Assembly: GCA_049591475.1 (NCBI GenBank) | Contig: JBAWEZ010000066.1 | Coordinates: forward strand, 99,790-163,789 | Reading direction: 5' to 3' | DNA: 64,000 nucleotides | Source of the DNA: Candidatus Acidiferrales bacterium | GTDB taxonomy: Bacteria; Acidobacteriota; Terriglobia; Acidiferrales; UBA7541 | In this document: one piece after another, positions 37,574-45,388 of the stretch | Numbering within the stretch: position 1 is the stretch's first letter | Layout of the letters: each line of letters begins with the position of its first letter | Notes under the pieces: model-generated | Database searches by the model: none | What the model was told of the DNA's origin: nothing | Seen by the model: the letters and a program-made list of their open reading frames with translations, nothing else | Program-made: the position numbers and the translations under genes

Positions 37574-38617
37574 ATGCGTCGCGTTCAAGCTGACAAGTCC
37601 GGCGAGTGCATCCTAATCACCGGAGCTGGCGGCTACGTCGGGTCCGCGCTCGCCAAAGCGATAGCCTCTGCCAATCCCCTGCACCTTATCGTGCTGGATC
37701 ATTCAGAGCAGGGCATTCATGAACTCCTGCACGCACTTGGCGATATCGAAACCCGCGTCCATCCAGTGATTGGCGATATCGCTGATTCGGCCTTGTTAAA
37801 CGAGATTTTCGAAGAGCATCGCCCCGACGTGGTTTATCACGCGGCGGCGTACAAGCACGTCCCCCTGATGGAGCAGAACCCCTTTGCAGTGGTTCGAAAC
37901 AATGCGATCGGTACTGCAATTCTCGCCAAAACGGCCGTGCAATATCAGGTCGCCAAGCTCGTCATGATTTCCACAGATAAGGCCGTCACCCCCCGAAGCG
38001 TCATGGGTGCTTCAAAGCGTGTAACCGAGCTCATGTTGCTTCGCTGGACCAACGGAGTCAGCCGGATGAGTGCGATCCGATGCGGAAATGTGCTCGGCTC
38101 TACCGGCAGCGTATTGCCCCTTTTTCATCGGCAGTTATCTCAGGGCCTGCGTTTAACCGTGACCGATCCTGAAGCAAGCAGGTATTTTTTTTCGCTGGAA
38201 GACACCGTTGCGCTGATTCTCGCCGCAAGCGAGCGCGACGAAAGTGGATCTATTTTTGTTCCCGAAGCGGGAGCACCGACCAAGATCCTGGAACTGGCGC
38301 GACACCTTTTGGGCGAGTTGGGACGCCACGATGATGCCGAGGGTAGCGCCATTCATTTCACTGGTCTCCGCCCAGGAGAGAAGCTTACGGAGGAATTCAC
38401 GTTCGAATATGAACGCACCGAACCGGTCGGGAACAACCTTCGCCGAGTAACAAGTCCCCTTGTGCTAGCCGACAACTTCGATGCCACGGTAGAGGAGCTT
38501 GAAGAGGCCGTGGCGCGCCGGGATCTTGGACGCCTTCTCGAACTGCTTCGGTACCATGTGCCGGAATATCGACCGAGCGAACTGCTGCTTCGTGCAGTGG
38601 CCGGCTCGGCCGTGTGA
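37574..38617 (+). CDS. CapD/PglF-type nucleotide-sugar 4,6-dehydratase (Polysacc_synt_2 family, short form)
   Basis: ILITGAGGYVGSALA (Rossmann), VYHAAAYKHVPLMEQNPFAVVRNNAIGT, ISTDKAVTPRSVMGASKR, RCGNVLGSTGSVLPLF, GLRPGEKLTEE. Confidence 0.82.
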   Translation: MRRVQADKSGECILITGAGGYVGSALAKAIASANPLHLIVLDHSEQGIHELLHALGDIETRVHPVIGDIADSALLNEIFEEHRPDVVYHAAAYKHVPLMEQNPFAVVRNNAIGTAILAKTAVQYQVAKLVMISTDKAVTPRSVMGASKRVTELMLLRWTNGVSRMSAIRCGNVLGSTGSVLPLFHRQLSQGLRLTVTDPEASRYFFSLEDTVALILAASERDESGSIFVPEAGAPTKILELARHLLGELGRHDDAEGSAIHFTGLRPGEKLTEEFTFEYERTEPVGNNLRRVTSPLVLADNFDATVEELEEAVARRDLGRLLELLRYHVPEYRPSELLLRAVAGSAV

Positions 38618-38623
38618 ACAATC

Positions 38624-39814
38624 ATGAAGCGCAAAATCGCGATCGTCACCACATCTCGCGCCGACTATAGCCACCTGTACTGGCCGCTCCAAGACCTGTT
38701 GGACCACAACGAAGTGGATTTGCGGATTATCGCGCTCGGGTCACATTTGTCACCCGAATTCGGCTTTACGGTTCGGGACATTGAGAAGGATGGATTTCAA
38801 ATTGATTCCCGAATTGAATGTCTTCTCAGCTCAGACAGCGATGTGGGAATGGCCAAGACAATTGGCGTAGCAACGCTTGGCTTGAGCGACGCTTTGGGAC
38901 AGATGCGTCCGGATATTCTGCTGCTCATCGCTGATCGGTACGAGATGCTGGCCCCGGCGTCGGTGGCCCTGGCTCTGCGGATCCCTATCGCTCATATTGA
39001 AGGAGGCGAAGTGAGCGAGGGCGCCATCGACGACGCCGTTCGAAACGCACTCACCAAGATGAGCCACATTCATTTCACCTCGACCGAGTTGGCGCGGGAT
39101 CGTGTGATCGCGATGGGAGAGGAACGGTGGCGAGTACATCGGGCGGGTGCTCCATCGCTTGACCACTTACGGCGCCAGCCTCTGCTCAGCCGAGAACAGG
39201 TTGAGTCTGAACTCGGCGTCGATCTCCTAAAGCCCACGATTCTTGTGCTGTATCACCCAGTCACAATCGCCAGGGATACTCTCCGCGAAGCCGACTCCTT
39301 ATTCTCGGCATTGGCGGCTCTTCCGAACCAGATCATGTTCTGCTATCCAAACGCCGATGCTGGCAGCCGGGAGCTAATCGAACGAACGCACAGTTTTATT
39401 GGCTCGCGGGCGAACGCGCGAATCTTCGTGAACCTTCCTCCGGTCACCTATTGGAGCCTCTTGAGATTCGTCGATCTTTTATTAGGCAATTCCAGCAGTG
39501 GGATCATGGAATCAGCTTCTTTCGCCCTGCCGACCGTGAACGTAGGATTCAGGCAACAAGGAAGAGAGAGACCTCGGAACGTCCTCGACGCCGCACCCGA
39601 GGCTGACTCGATCCTGGCCATGGTCCGAACCGCGCTTGGCACTTCCTTCCGGGAGTCTCTTCGGGGAATGGCGAACCCCTATGGTGATGGATTTGCGTCA
39701 GAAAAAATCGTTCAGGTGCTTACTACCGTGCCCCTTTCTCAGGAGCTCCTAGTAAAGCGGCACGGTACCACCCAATCTTTCGTCGATCCGGTTAATCTCA
39801 AATCCGTCCGATGA
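38624..39814 (+). CDS. UDP-N-acetylglucosamine 2-epimerase, hydrolysing (NeuC/LegG family)
   Basis: MKRKIAIVTTSRADYSHLYWPLQDL...DILLLIADRYEMLAPASVALALRIPIAHIEGGEVSEGAIDDAVRNALTKMSHIHF is the NeuC-type pattern. Starts 6 nt after the dehydratase stop. Confidence 0.82.
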   Translation: MKRKIAIVTTSRADYSHLYWPLQDLLDHNEVDLRIIALGSHLSPEFGFTVRDIEKDGFQIDSRIECLLSSDSDVGMAKTIGVATLGLSDALGQMRPDILLLIADRYEMLAPASVALALRIPIAHIEGGEVSEGAIDDAVRNALTKMSHIHFTSTELARDRVIAMGEERWRVHRAGAPSLDHLRRQPLLSREQVESELGVDLLKPTILVLYHPVTIARDTLREADSLFSALAALPNQIMFCYPNADAGSRELIERTHSFIGSRANARIFVNLPPVTYWSLLRFVDLLLGNSSSGIMESASFALPTVNVGFRQQGRERPRNVLDAAPEADSILAMVRTALGTSFRESLRGMANPYGDGFASEKIVQVLTTVPLSQELLVKRHGTTQSFVDPVNLKSVR

Positions 39815-40947
39815 AGATCCCGCTCGCGGCTCCCGAGATCACCGAAGATGACATCGAGGCCGTGGCACAAGTGCTGCGTACGTCACGGCTAAGTCTTGGA
39901 CCCAAGCTCGAAGAATTTGAAGGTTGCGTATCCACGTATATAGGTGCCCGGAACGCCGTGGCAGTTAGCTCGGGAACTAGTGCGCTGCATTTGTGCATGC
40001 GCGCCATGGGAGTCAAACCAGGCGACGAGGTAATCGTACCTTCGTTCGCGTTTATCGCTGTCGCGAACGCGGTTCGCTACGAGGGTGGTATTCCTGTTTT
40101 TGCGGATATCGATCCCAAAACTTTGGATATTGGTCCGGCACAGATCGAGGAAGTAATCAGCTCCCGGACCGTCGGAATCGTGGTAGTGCATACGTTCGGC
40201 TGTCCCGCCGATCTGGCCGAGATTCTCCGCGTTGCCAGGCGCCATGGACTATTCGTAATCGAGGACGCCTGCGAAGCCTTGGGTGCGGAATATGATGGAC
40301 GTAAAGTAGGAATCCACGGTGACGCCGGGGTTTTTGGTTTTTACCCAAACAAACAGATCACCACCGGCGAAGGTGGAATGTTGGTTACAAACGACAAACG
40401 AACGGCTCATTTCGCAAGGCAACTCCGCAATCAAGGCCGAGGAGATGAGGAGGATTGGTTCGAACACACCGAGCTGGGCTACAACTATCGAATTCCTGAA
40501 ATGAACTGCGCTCTTGGAATCGAGCAGCTGAAACGAATCGAGCAAATCTTGGCGAAACGCGAAGGCGTTGCCGGCGCTTACAACAACAGGTTGAGATCGT
40601 GTCGCGATGTGATACTGCCGATCATCGATTTCCCGAACCGGAAAATCAGCTGGTTCGGTTATGTGGTGCGATTGAGCCCGTCACTGGAACGCGAACATCG
40701 CGACTGGATCTGCCGCGAGCTGATCGCCCGAGAAATAGGCTGCGGAAGGTACTTCGCTCCGATTCACCTGCAGCCCGCATACCGAAAGGTATCCGGAGCT
40801 GTGCCGTCCCTACCAGTCACAGAATTCGCCGCAGATCGTGTGCTCGCACTTCCGTTTTTCAATGGGCTCAACGAAGCGCAAATTGCCGACGTTTGCTCGA
40901 CGCTGTTGGCATTGTTGCACCAATGCCGGGAGCGAGAATCCGGCTAA
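39811..40947 (+). CDS. DegT/DnrJ/EryC1/StrS-family sugar aminotransferase (PLP-dependent)
   Basis: 378-aa ORF. Its ATG overlaps the previous stop (ATGA, 39811-39814). Segments AVSSGTSALHL, VIVPSFAFIAVANAV and FGFYPNKQITTGEGGML (PLP-Lys context). Confidence 0.88.
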   Translation: MKIPLAAPEITEDDIEAVAQVLRTSRLSLGPKLEEFEGCVSTYIGARNAVAVSSGTSALHLCMRAMGVKPGDEVIVPSFAFIAVANAVRYEGGIPVFADIDPKTLDIGPAQIEEVISSRTVGIVVVHTFGCPADLAEILRVARRHGLFVIEDACEALGAEYDGRKVGIHGDAGVFGFYPNKQITTGEGGMLVTNDKRTAHFARQLRNQGRGDEEDWFEHTELGYNYRIPEMNCALGIEQLKRIEQILAKREGVAGAYNNRLRSCRDVILPIIDFPNRKISWFGYVVRLSPSLEREHRDWICRELIAREIGCGRYFAPIHLQPAYRKVSGAVPSLPVTEFAADRVLALPFFNGLNEAQIADVCSTLLALLHQCRERESG

Positions 40948-41048
40948 GCCACGACTTCTTGGGCTGGGTACATTCCGTGCGGCGATGCCGATTCGTTTGG
41001 AGATGCAGGCTGACAGTTGTCCGGCAACCAGGGCATCGGCTAACTGAG

Positions 41049-42944
41049 TTAGCTTTGCACTCTCTGATACAGCCGGTACGGCTCGTCCTTTATGACCATG
41101 AATGAGCGGAAGGTGATTGGTCCGCGGTTCGAGGGAACCATCCAATCGTCGGACGACCGCGATGATAGGGCGGCGGTTAGCAATTGCTGGCGGGTAGCTT
41201 CCGCCGGATCTTTGCCGATGGCAAAAAGGGCGAGTGGACCGCGCATCAGTGCCACCGTGTCTCGATTCTCCTGCGCGATGGCCTCCAGGCGCAGCGTCAT
41301 GTCGAACTCGATTTCCACTCGGTCCCCGTCCTTCCAAGTCCGCTGAATCGCCAGGAATTTCGCCGGTACGATCTGGCCTTCCACACGCTTTCCGTTGACG
41401 CTCACTATCGTCTTCGGCCCTGCCCATTCCGGTATGCGCACATTCAGAGCGAATGTTTCCGGACGCTCCAGCCCCAGCATCATCTCGGTCGTGCTCGCCT
41501 TGGGATAGTCCGTCTTCTGCGTCAGAGTACATTGCGTCCCCCCTTGCATCCACGTCACGCGCGACGGCAGGAACAGATTCACGTACAGCTCCTCTCTGCT
41601 CTGGTAGTACGAACTTATCCCGTAGTCCGCCGTAAGTTGCGGAAAGGTTCCCGAGCAGCACGGCCATTTCGACCAGTACCAGACCTTCTTGGCATCTACG
41701 TTGTTGTAATCCGAGTAGTAGTAGCTAGTTCCATCGGGCTGAATCAGCCGGGCGCCAGCAATCGTGTTGTATAACACGCGCTCCATGCTGTCGCCGTAGC
41801 GCGAGTCACGCGTCGTGCGCAGTAAGTATCGTGTGATCTTGAAGTGGCCGTACGAACCGCACGGGGTCTCGAAGCTGTTATGCGTGGCTTTCAGACTTCC
41901 GGCAAGCGCGCCGCAGCCCGGTCCGACGAAGCCTTCATCCGGCCCCCATCCACCTGTCGCGAAGCTCTGGTCTTGCACCATCCGAAGTCCGTTGCGCGCT
42001 GCGCGCAAGTACTTTTCGTCACCTAGGACCAGATATCCCTGCATGGCGGAACTTAGGGCGTTCACGTGGCTATATGCGTGTTCGTAAGGCAGAACGTTGG
42101 CGTTTCTGGAGAGAGGATCGAAATAATTCTGTTCCAAGTAACGCGTGCCTAGCTCGCGATAGCGCTCGTTGCCGCTTCGGCGGTATGCCAGGAAAAGATT
42201 CTCCGGCAGCGTGTAGGTTTCATCCCACGTCGTCGCGATATCCGTATAGCCGCGTGATCGTTGTTCGTACCGGTTCAGCGCGTGATCGGGCAGATGCGAC
42301 AGGACGGCTTGGGTCGCCTTCCAATGCACGTCCATAGCTATCGGGTCCTTGGCGAATTCGTGCGCGTCGATCAGGCCGCAGCTCGTTTTGTCGTACGTGT
42401 AGGCTGGGAGCCGGTAGCCAGCGTAAAATTTTCCGGCCGGATCGACCGTTGCGGCAAAGGCGCGGACCAGGCGGTTAACTTTTTCCTGCGTCGGCTTCGA
42501 TCCCGTCACCGCGTACATCCGCGCCAGCGCGGAAAGATACTGGCCAAAACTGTGTCCAGGAATAAAGCCATGAAAGTTGCTTGCTGGATTGAAATCATCA
42601 GAATTGTCGTACCAGCCTCCCATGTCGGGACCCGGAGCCGGCAACCCTTCGCGCTCGCGGAACGGCTTCAGCAGCGCGTCTTCGTTCAGATTCACGAACA
42701 GTTCGTGATTGTGGTGAAACTGATCGCGAAAGAGCCCGTCCAGCAGTTCGACTTGAGTGTATCCGAGCTGTGAAAGCGGAGGAACGGTCGCGACCTGCGG
42801 CAAGGATTCTACCCGTGCGCCGGTGCCCGAATTGCCCGTCGAGTGAGACAAAGAAGAACTCGCCTTGACGACACCAGCGACTAGGGCGCTGCCAGCAGCC
42901 GCTGCGCCCACCTTCATAAATTGCCTTCGCGATGATTTGTTCAT
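41049..42944 (-). CDS. GH127/DUF1680-family beta-L-arabinofuranosidase-like protein with Tat signal
   Basis: From ATG 42944 (GGAG RBS): MNKSSRRQFMKVGAAAAGSALVAG (twin-arginine motif). A conserved Cys-Cys pair (WSKWPCCSGTF), as in the GH127 Zn/nucleophile site (from memory). The 194-codon extension of the ORF track (to 43526) is antisense to the neighbouring gene and was rejected. Confidence 0.8.
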   Translation of the reverse strand: MNKSSRRQFMKVGAAAAGSALVAGVVKASSSLSHSTGNSGTGARVESLPQVATVPPLSQLGYTQVELLDGLFRDQFHHNHELFVNLNEDALLKPFREREGLPAPGPDMGGWYDNSDDFNPASNFHGFIPGHSFGQYLSALARMYAVTGSKPTQEKVNRLVRAFAATVDPAGKFYAGYRLPAYTYDKTSCGLIDAHEFAKDPIAMDVHWKATQAVLSHLPDHALNRYEQRSRGYTDIATTWDETYTLPENLFLAYRRSGNERYRELGTRYLEQNYFDPLSRNANVLPYEHAYSHVNALSSAMQGYLVLGDEKYLRAARNGLRMVQDQSFATGGWGPDEGFVGPGCGALAGSLKATHNSFETPCGSYGHFKITRYLLRTTRDSRYGDSMERVLYNTIAGARLIQPDGTSYYYSDYNNVDAKKVWYWSKWPCCSGTFPQLTADYGISSYYQSREELYVNLFLPSRVTWMQGGTQCTLTQKTDYPKASTTEMMLGLERPETFALNVRIPEWAGPKTIVSVNGKRVEGQIVPAKFLAIQRTWKDGDRVEIEFDMTLRLEAIAQENRDTVALMRGPLALFAIGKDPAEATRQQLLTAALSSRSSDDWMVPSNRGPITFRSFMVIKDEPYRLYQRVQS

Positions 42945-42989
42945 CTCCACTCCCCGGCTCGGGCCTCTTGTGAGTCCCCTATAAACGTT

Positions 42990-44204
42990 TTGGTCAAGAT
43001 AGGCCGTGCGGCGGACCGTTGTCAAACACCTCGAAGTCGCGTGAGGCAAAGTCCCAGCGGGACGGCTAACGGGCCCTTCGTTGTCTGTGGCGGACCTGCG
43101 ATCTCTAGCGGAGAAGTGATCGATCACCCTCAACGCGGGTGGGAGCTTGGCCGCACGGATTTGAAGTATTACGTCCTCAAGCACAACGAATTTTCGCGGG
43201 CCATGCGAAAGGTGGACCCGTCGATTACGATTCTCGCGTCCGGGGCGACGCCCGATGAGGAGATCATTGAAGGTATTGCTCGCGACATGCACCTCAAGAA
43301 CGATCAGGTTCCGATCTGTTCGAGCGCCGACTGGACCTGCGGTTTTCTGAAGCACAGCTGGGGACTCTTCGACGGCATCACCGAGCATTGGTACGCGCGC
43401 GCGGGCGTGCGCTTCGATCCCGCGCGCGCGGAGAAAGGTGAACAGATAGGTGGCATGGAGGCTGGCTACGTCCCAGTCAAGCAGAGCGTGCTCGATTGGG
43501 TCCGGGTGCCATCCGACCGCGTGCATCTGAAGGCCGAAGAGTGGCGGGAGTATGAACGGCTATTTCCCGCCATGATCGACAGGAAAATCTTCTTGTCGAA
43601 CGACGAATATGCTTATACGGGCGCGCCCACGAATCTGAAGCTCGCGCTTGCTTACGCCATGGTCTTCAACGAGATGCTCCGGCATACCGATTTTTGGCGA
43701 ATGTCCGCGTTCACCATGGCTGTCTCCACGCTTGACATGAACCGGACCGCGTCCGTGCTGAACACAACAGGGCTCCTCTTCAAACTGTATGGCGGTCACA
43801 TGGGCGCAGGTATGCTGCCGGTGGCCGTTTCGGGAAATTCACCTCAGCCCCAGCCAGAGCAACACATCGCCGGGGACTTGCCGCGGACGAGCGCCGGCAG
43901 TTCGACCTATCCACTCGACGTGGTGGCGGCGCTGAGTCCGGACCGGATGTACCTGAATCTTGCTGTTGTCAACGCCACGGAATCGGCTCAACCGCTCGAT
44001 CTAAATGTAGTGGGCGCCCGGCTGACGGGAAAATCAACGCTGTGGGAAATGACAGGAAAGGATCTCGACGCTGCCAATCGCGTCGGACAGGAACCACAGG
44101 TCGAAATAAAGAAGATTCCCATGAAGAATGTCCCAACGACGCTATCAGTTGCGCCTATTAGCGTGGACATCTATCGGTTTTCGGTGGCGCAAGCGGCTCA
44201 GTGA
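42990..44204 (+). CDS. GH51-like alpha-L-arabinofuranosidase remnant lacking the N-terminal half of the catalytic barrel; possible pseudogene
   Basis: From about aa 48 it is collinear with the C-terminal part of GH51 enzymes (compare abfA at 7656-9269): ...WELGRTD (where GNE is expected), KVDPSITILASG, FLSNDEYAY (where the DEW nucleophile is expected), LALAYAMVFNEMLRHTD, then the Alpha-L-AF_C beta-sandwich. Only ~190 nt separate it from the divergent GH127 start, so there is no room for the missing ~250 codons. The first ATG is at 43203. Confidence 0.5.
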   Translation: MVKIGRAADRCQTPRSRVRQSPSGTANGPFVVCGGPAISSGEVIDHPQRGWELGRTDLKYYVLKHNEFSRAMRKVDPSITILASGATPDEEIIEGIARDMHLKNDQVPICSSADWTCGFLKHSWGLFDGITEHWYARAGVRFDPARAEKGEQIGGMEAGYVPVKQSVLDWVRVPSDRVHLKAEEWREYERLFPAMIDRKIFLSNDEYAYTGAPTNLKLALAYAMVFNEMLRHTDFWRMSAFTMAVSTLDMNRTASVLNTTGLLFKLYGGHMGAGMLPVAVSGNSPQPQPEQHIAGDLPRTSAGSSTYPLDVVAALSPDRMYLNLAVVNATESAQPLDLNVVGARLTGKSTLWEMTGKDLDAANRVGQEPQVEIKKIPMKNVPTTLSVAPISVDIYRFSVAQAAQ

Positions 44205-44245
44205 CGGATTCCGGATAATTAAATAGTTTCGCAGGGGGAAATAGC

Positions 44246-45361
44246 GTGAGCGCGATCCAGAGCGTTTTCGAAAAAGGTCGAAGGGTTAGTTGGAGAATTT
44301 TCGCTATGGCGATCGTACTGGCCATAGTCGCTCAGACGGGCCTGGCGCAGGTGAAGACGGAGGCCCCACCCGTTGTACCGGGTGCAAAACCTGTATTTGT
44401 AGAACACATTAAGATTCACGGTGAGGCGCTGGAAGGCAACCTTGAAGGCGATGCTGTGAACCGCGACGTGATCGTATTCCTCCCGCCCAGCTACAAGAAG
44501 GACAAGCATCGGCGGTATCCCGTCGTGTATGCGCTGCATGGCTATTCCATCGGAGCAGAGCAGTGGACCCACGAGATCCGCGTGCCGCAAACAATCGAAG
44601 GGGCTTTTGCTCAAGGCGCCAAAGAAATGATTGTGGTGCTACCCGATTCGAAGACCGTGTACGGCGGCTCGATGTATTCGAGTTCCGTCACCACGGGGAA
44701 CTTCGAGCGATTCATCGCCCATGACGTGGTCACCTATATCGATGCTCACTATCGAACCATACCCGACCGCAAGAGCCGCGGCTTGGTGGGCCATTCCATG
44801 GGAGGTTATGGCGCCGTTCGAATCGGAATGAAGCATCCCGACGTGTTCGGCGGTCTTTACGTCATGAGCGCCTGTTGTCTTTCTCCGATGGGCGCCCGGC
44901 CTGCAAATCCAGCCACGCAGAAGGAGATGGAAGCGCTGCAATCGGTAAAGACTCCTGCCGATGCGGCTCGGTTGTCGTTCTTCGCGCGCGCCCAACTCGC
45001 CTCTGCCGCTGCATGGTCACCCGACCCGAAAAATCCGCCGCTCTATCTAGACTTGCCTATGAAAAATGGAGTGCTCCAATCCGATGTGGTCGCCAAATGG
45101 ACCGCCAATGCCCCGCTGGCCTTCATCGACCAATACATTTACAACCTTCGCGAGTATCGTGCGATTGCCCTCGATGTTGGCGACCAGGATGGTTTACGGT
45201 TCGACATGATCAAGCTGCACCAGATCCTCGACAACTATGGCATCGCTAATGGCTTTGAGATTTATCACGGTACTCATACCAGCGCAGTCGCTGATCGGTT
45301 TCAAAATCATGTGATCCCGTTCTTCAGCCGAAATCTGTGCGCGACGGAAAACTGCAAGTGA
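44246..45361 (+). CDS. secreted esterase, alpha/beta-hydrolase (CE1 / esterase-D-like; candidate feruloyl or acetyl-xylan esterase)
   Basis: 371-aa ORF with a GTG start. Signal peptide ...AIVAQTGLAQ. Segments YPVVYALHGYS and GHSMGGYGA (GxSxG nucleophile elbow). Confidence 0.82.
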   Translation: MSAIQSVFEKGRRVSWRIFAMAIVLAIVAQTGLAQVKTEAPPVVPGAKPVFVEHIKIHGEALEGNLEGDAVNRDVIVFLPPSYKKDKHRRYPVVYALHGYSIGAEQWTHEIRVPQTIEGAFAQGAKEMIVVLPDSKTVYGGSMYSSSVTTGNFERFIAHDVVTYIDAHYRTIPDRKSRGLVGHSMGGYGAVRIGMKHPDVFGGLYVMSACCLSPMGARPANPATQKEMEALQSVKTPADAARLSFFARAQLASAAAWSPDPKNPPLYLDLPMKNGVLQSDVVAKWTANAPLAFIDQYIYNLREYRAIALDVGDQDGLRFDMIKLHQILDNYGIANGFEIYHGTHTSAVADRFQNHVIPFFSRNLCATENCK

Positions 45362-45388
45362 GCATTCGGTCGTGCGAAACCGGATACA

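Noticed and set aside
42945-43526. 194-codon N-terminal extension of the GH127 gene
   Set aside because: It is antisense to the GH51-like ORF. ATG 42944 has a GGAG RBS and yields a textbook Tat signal peptide.
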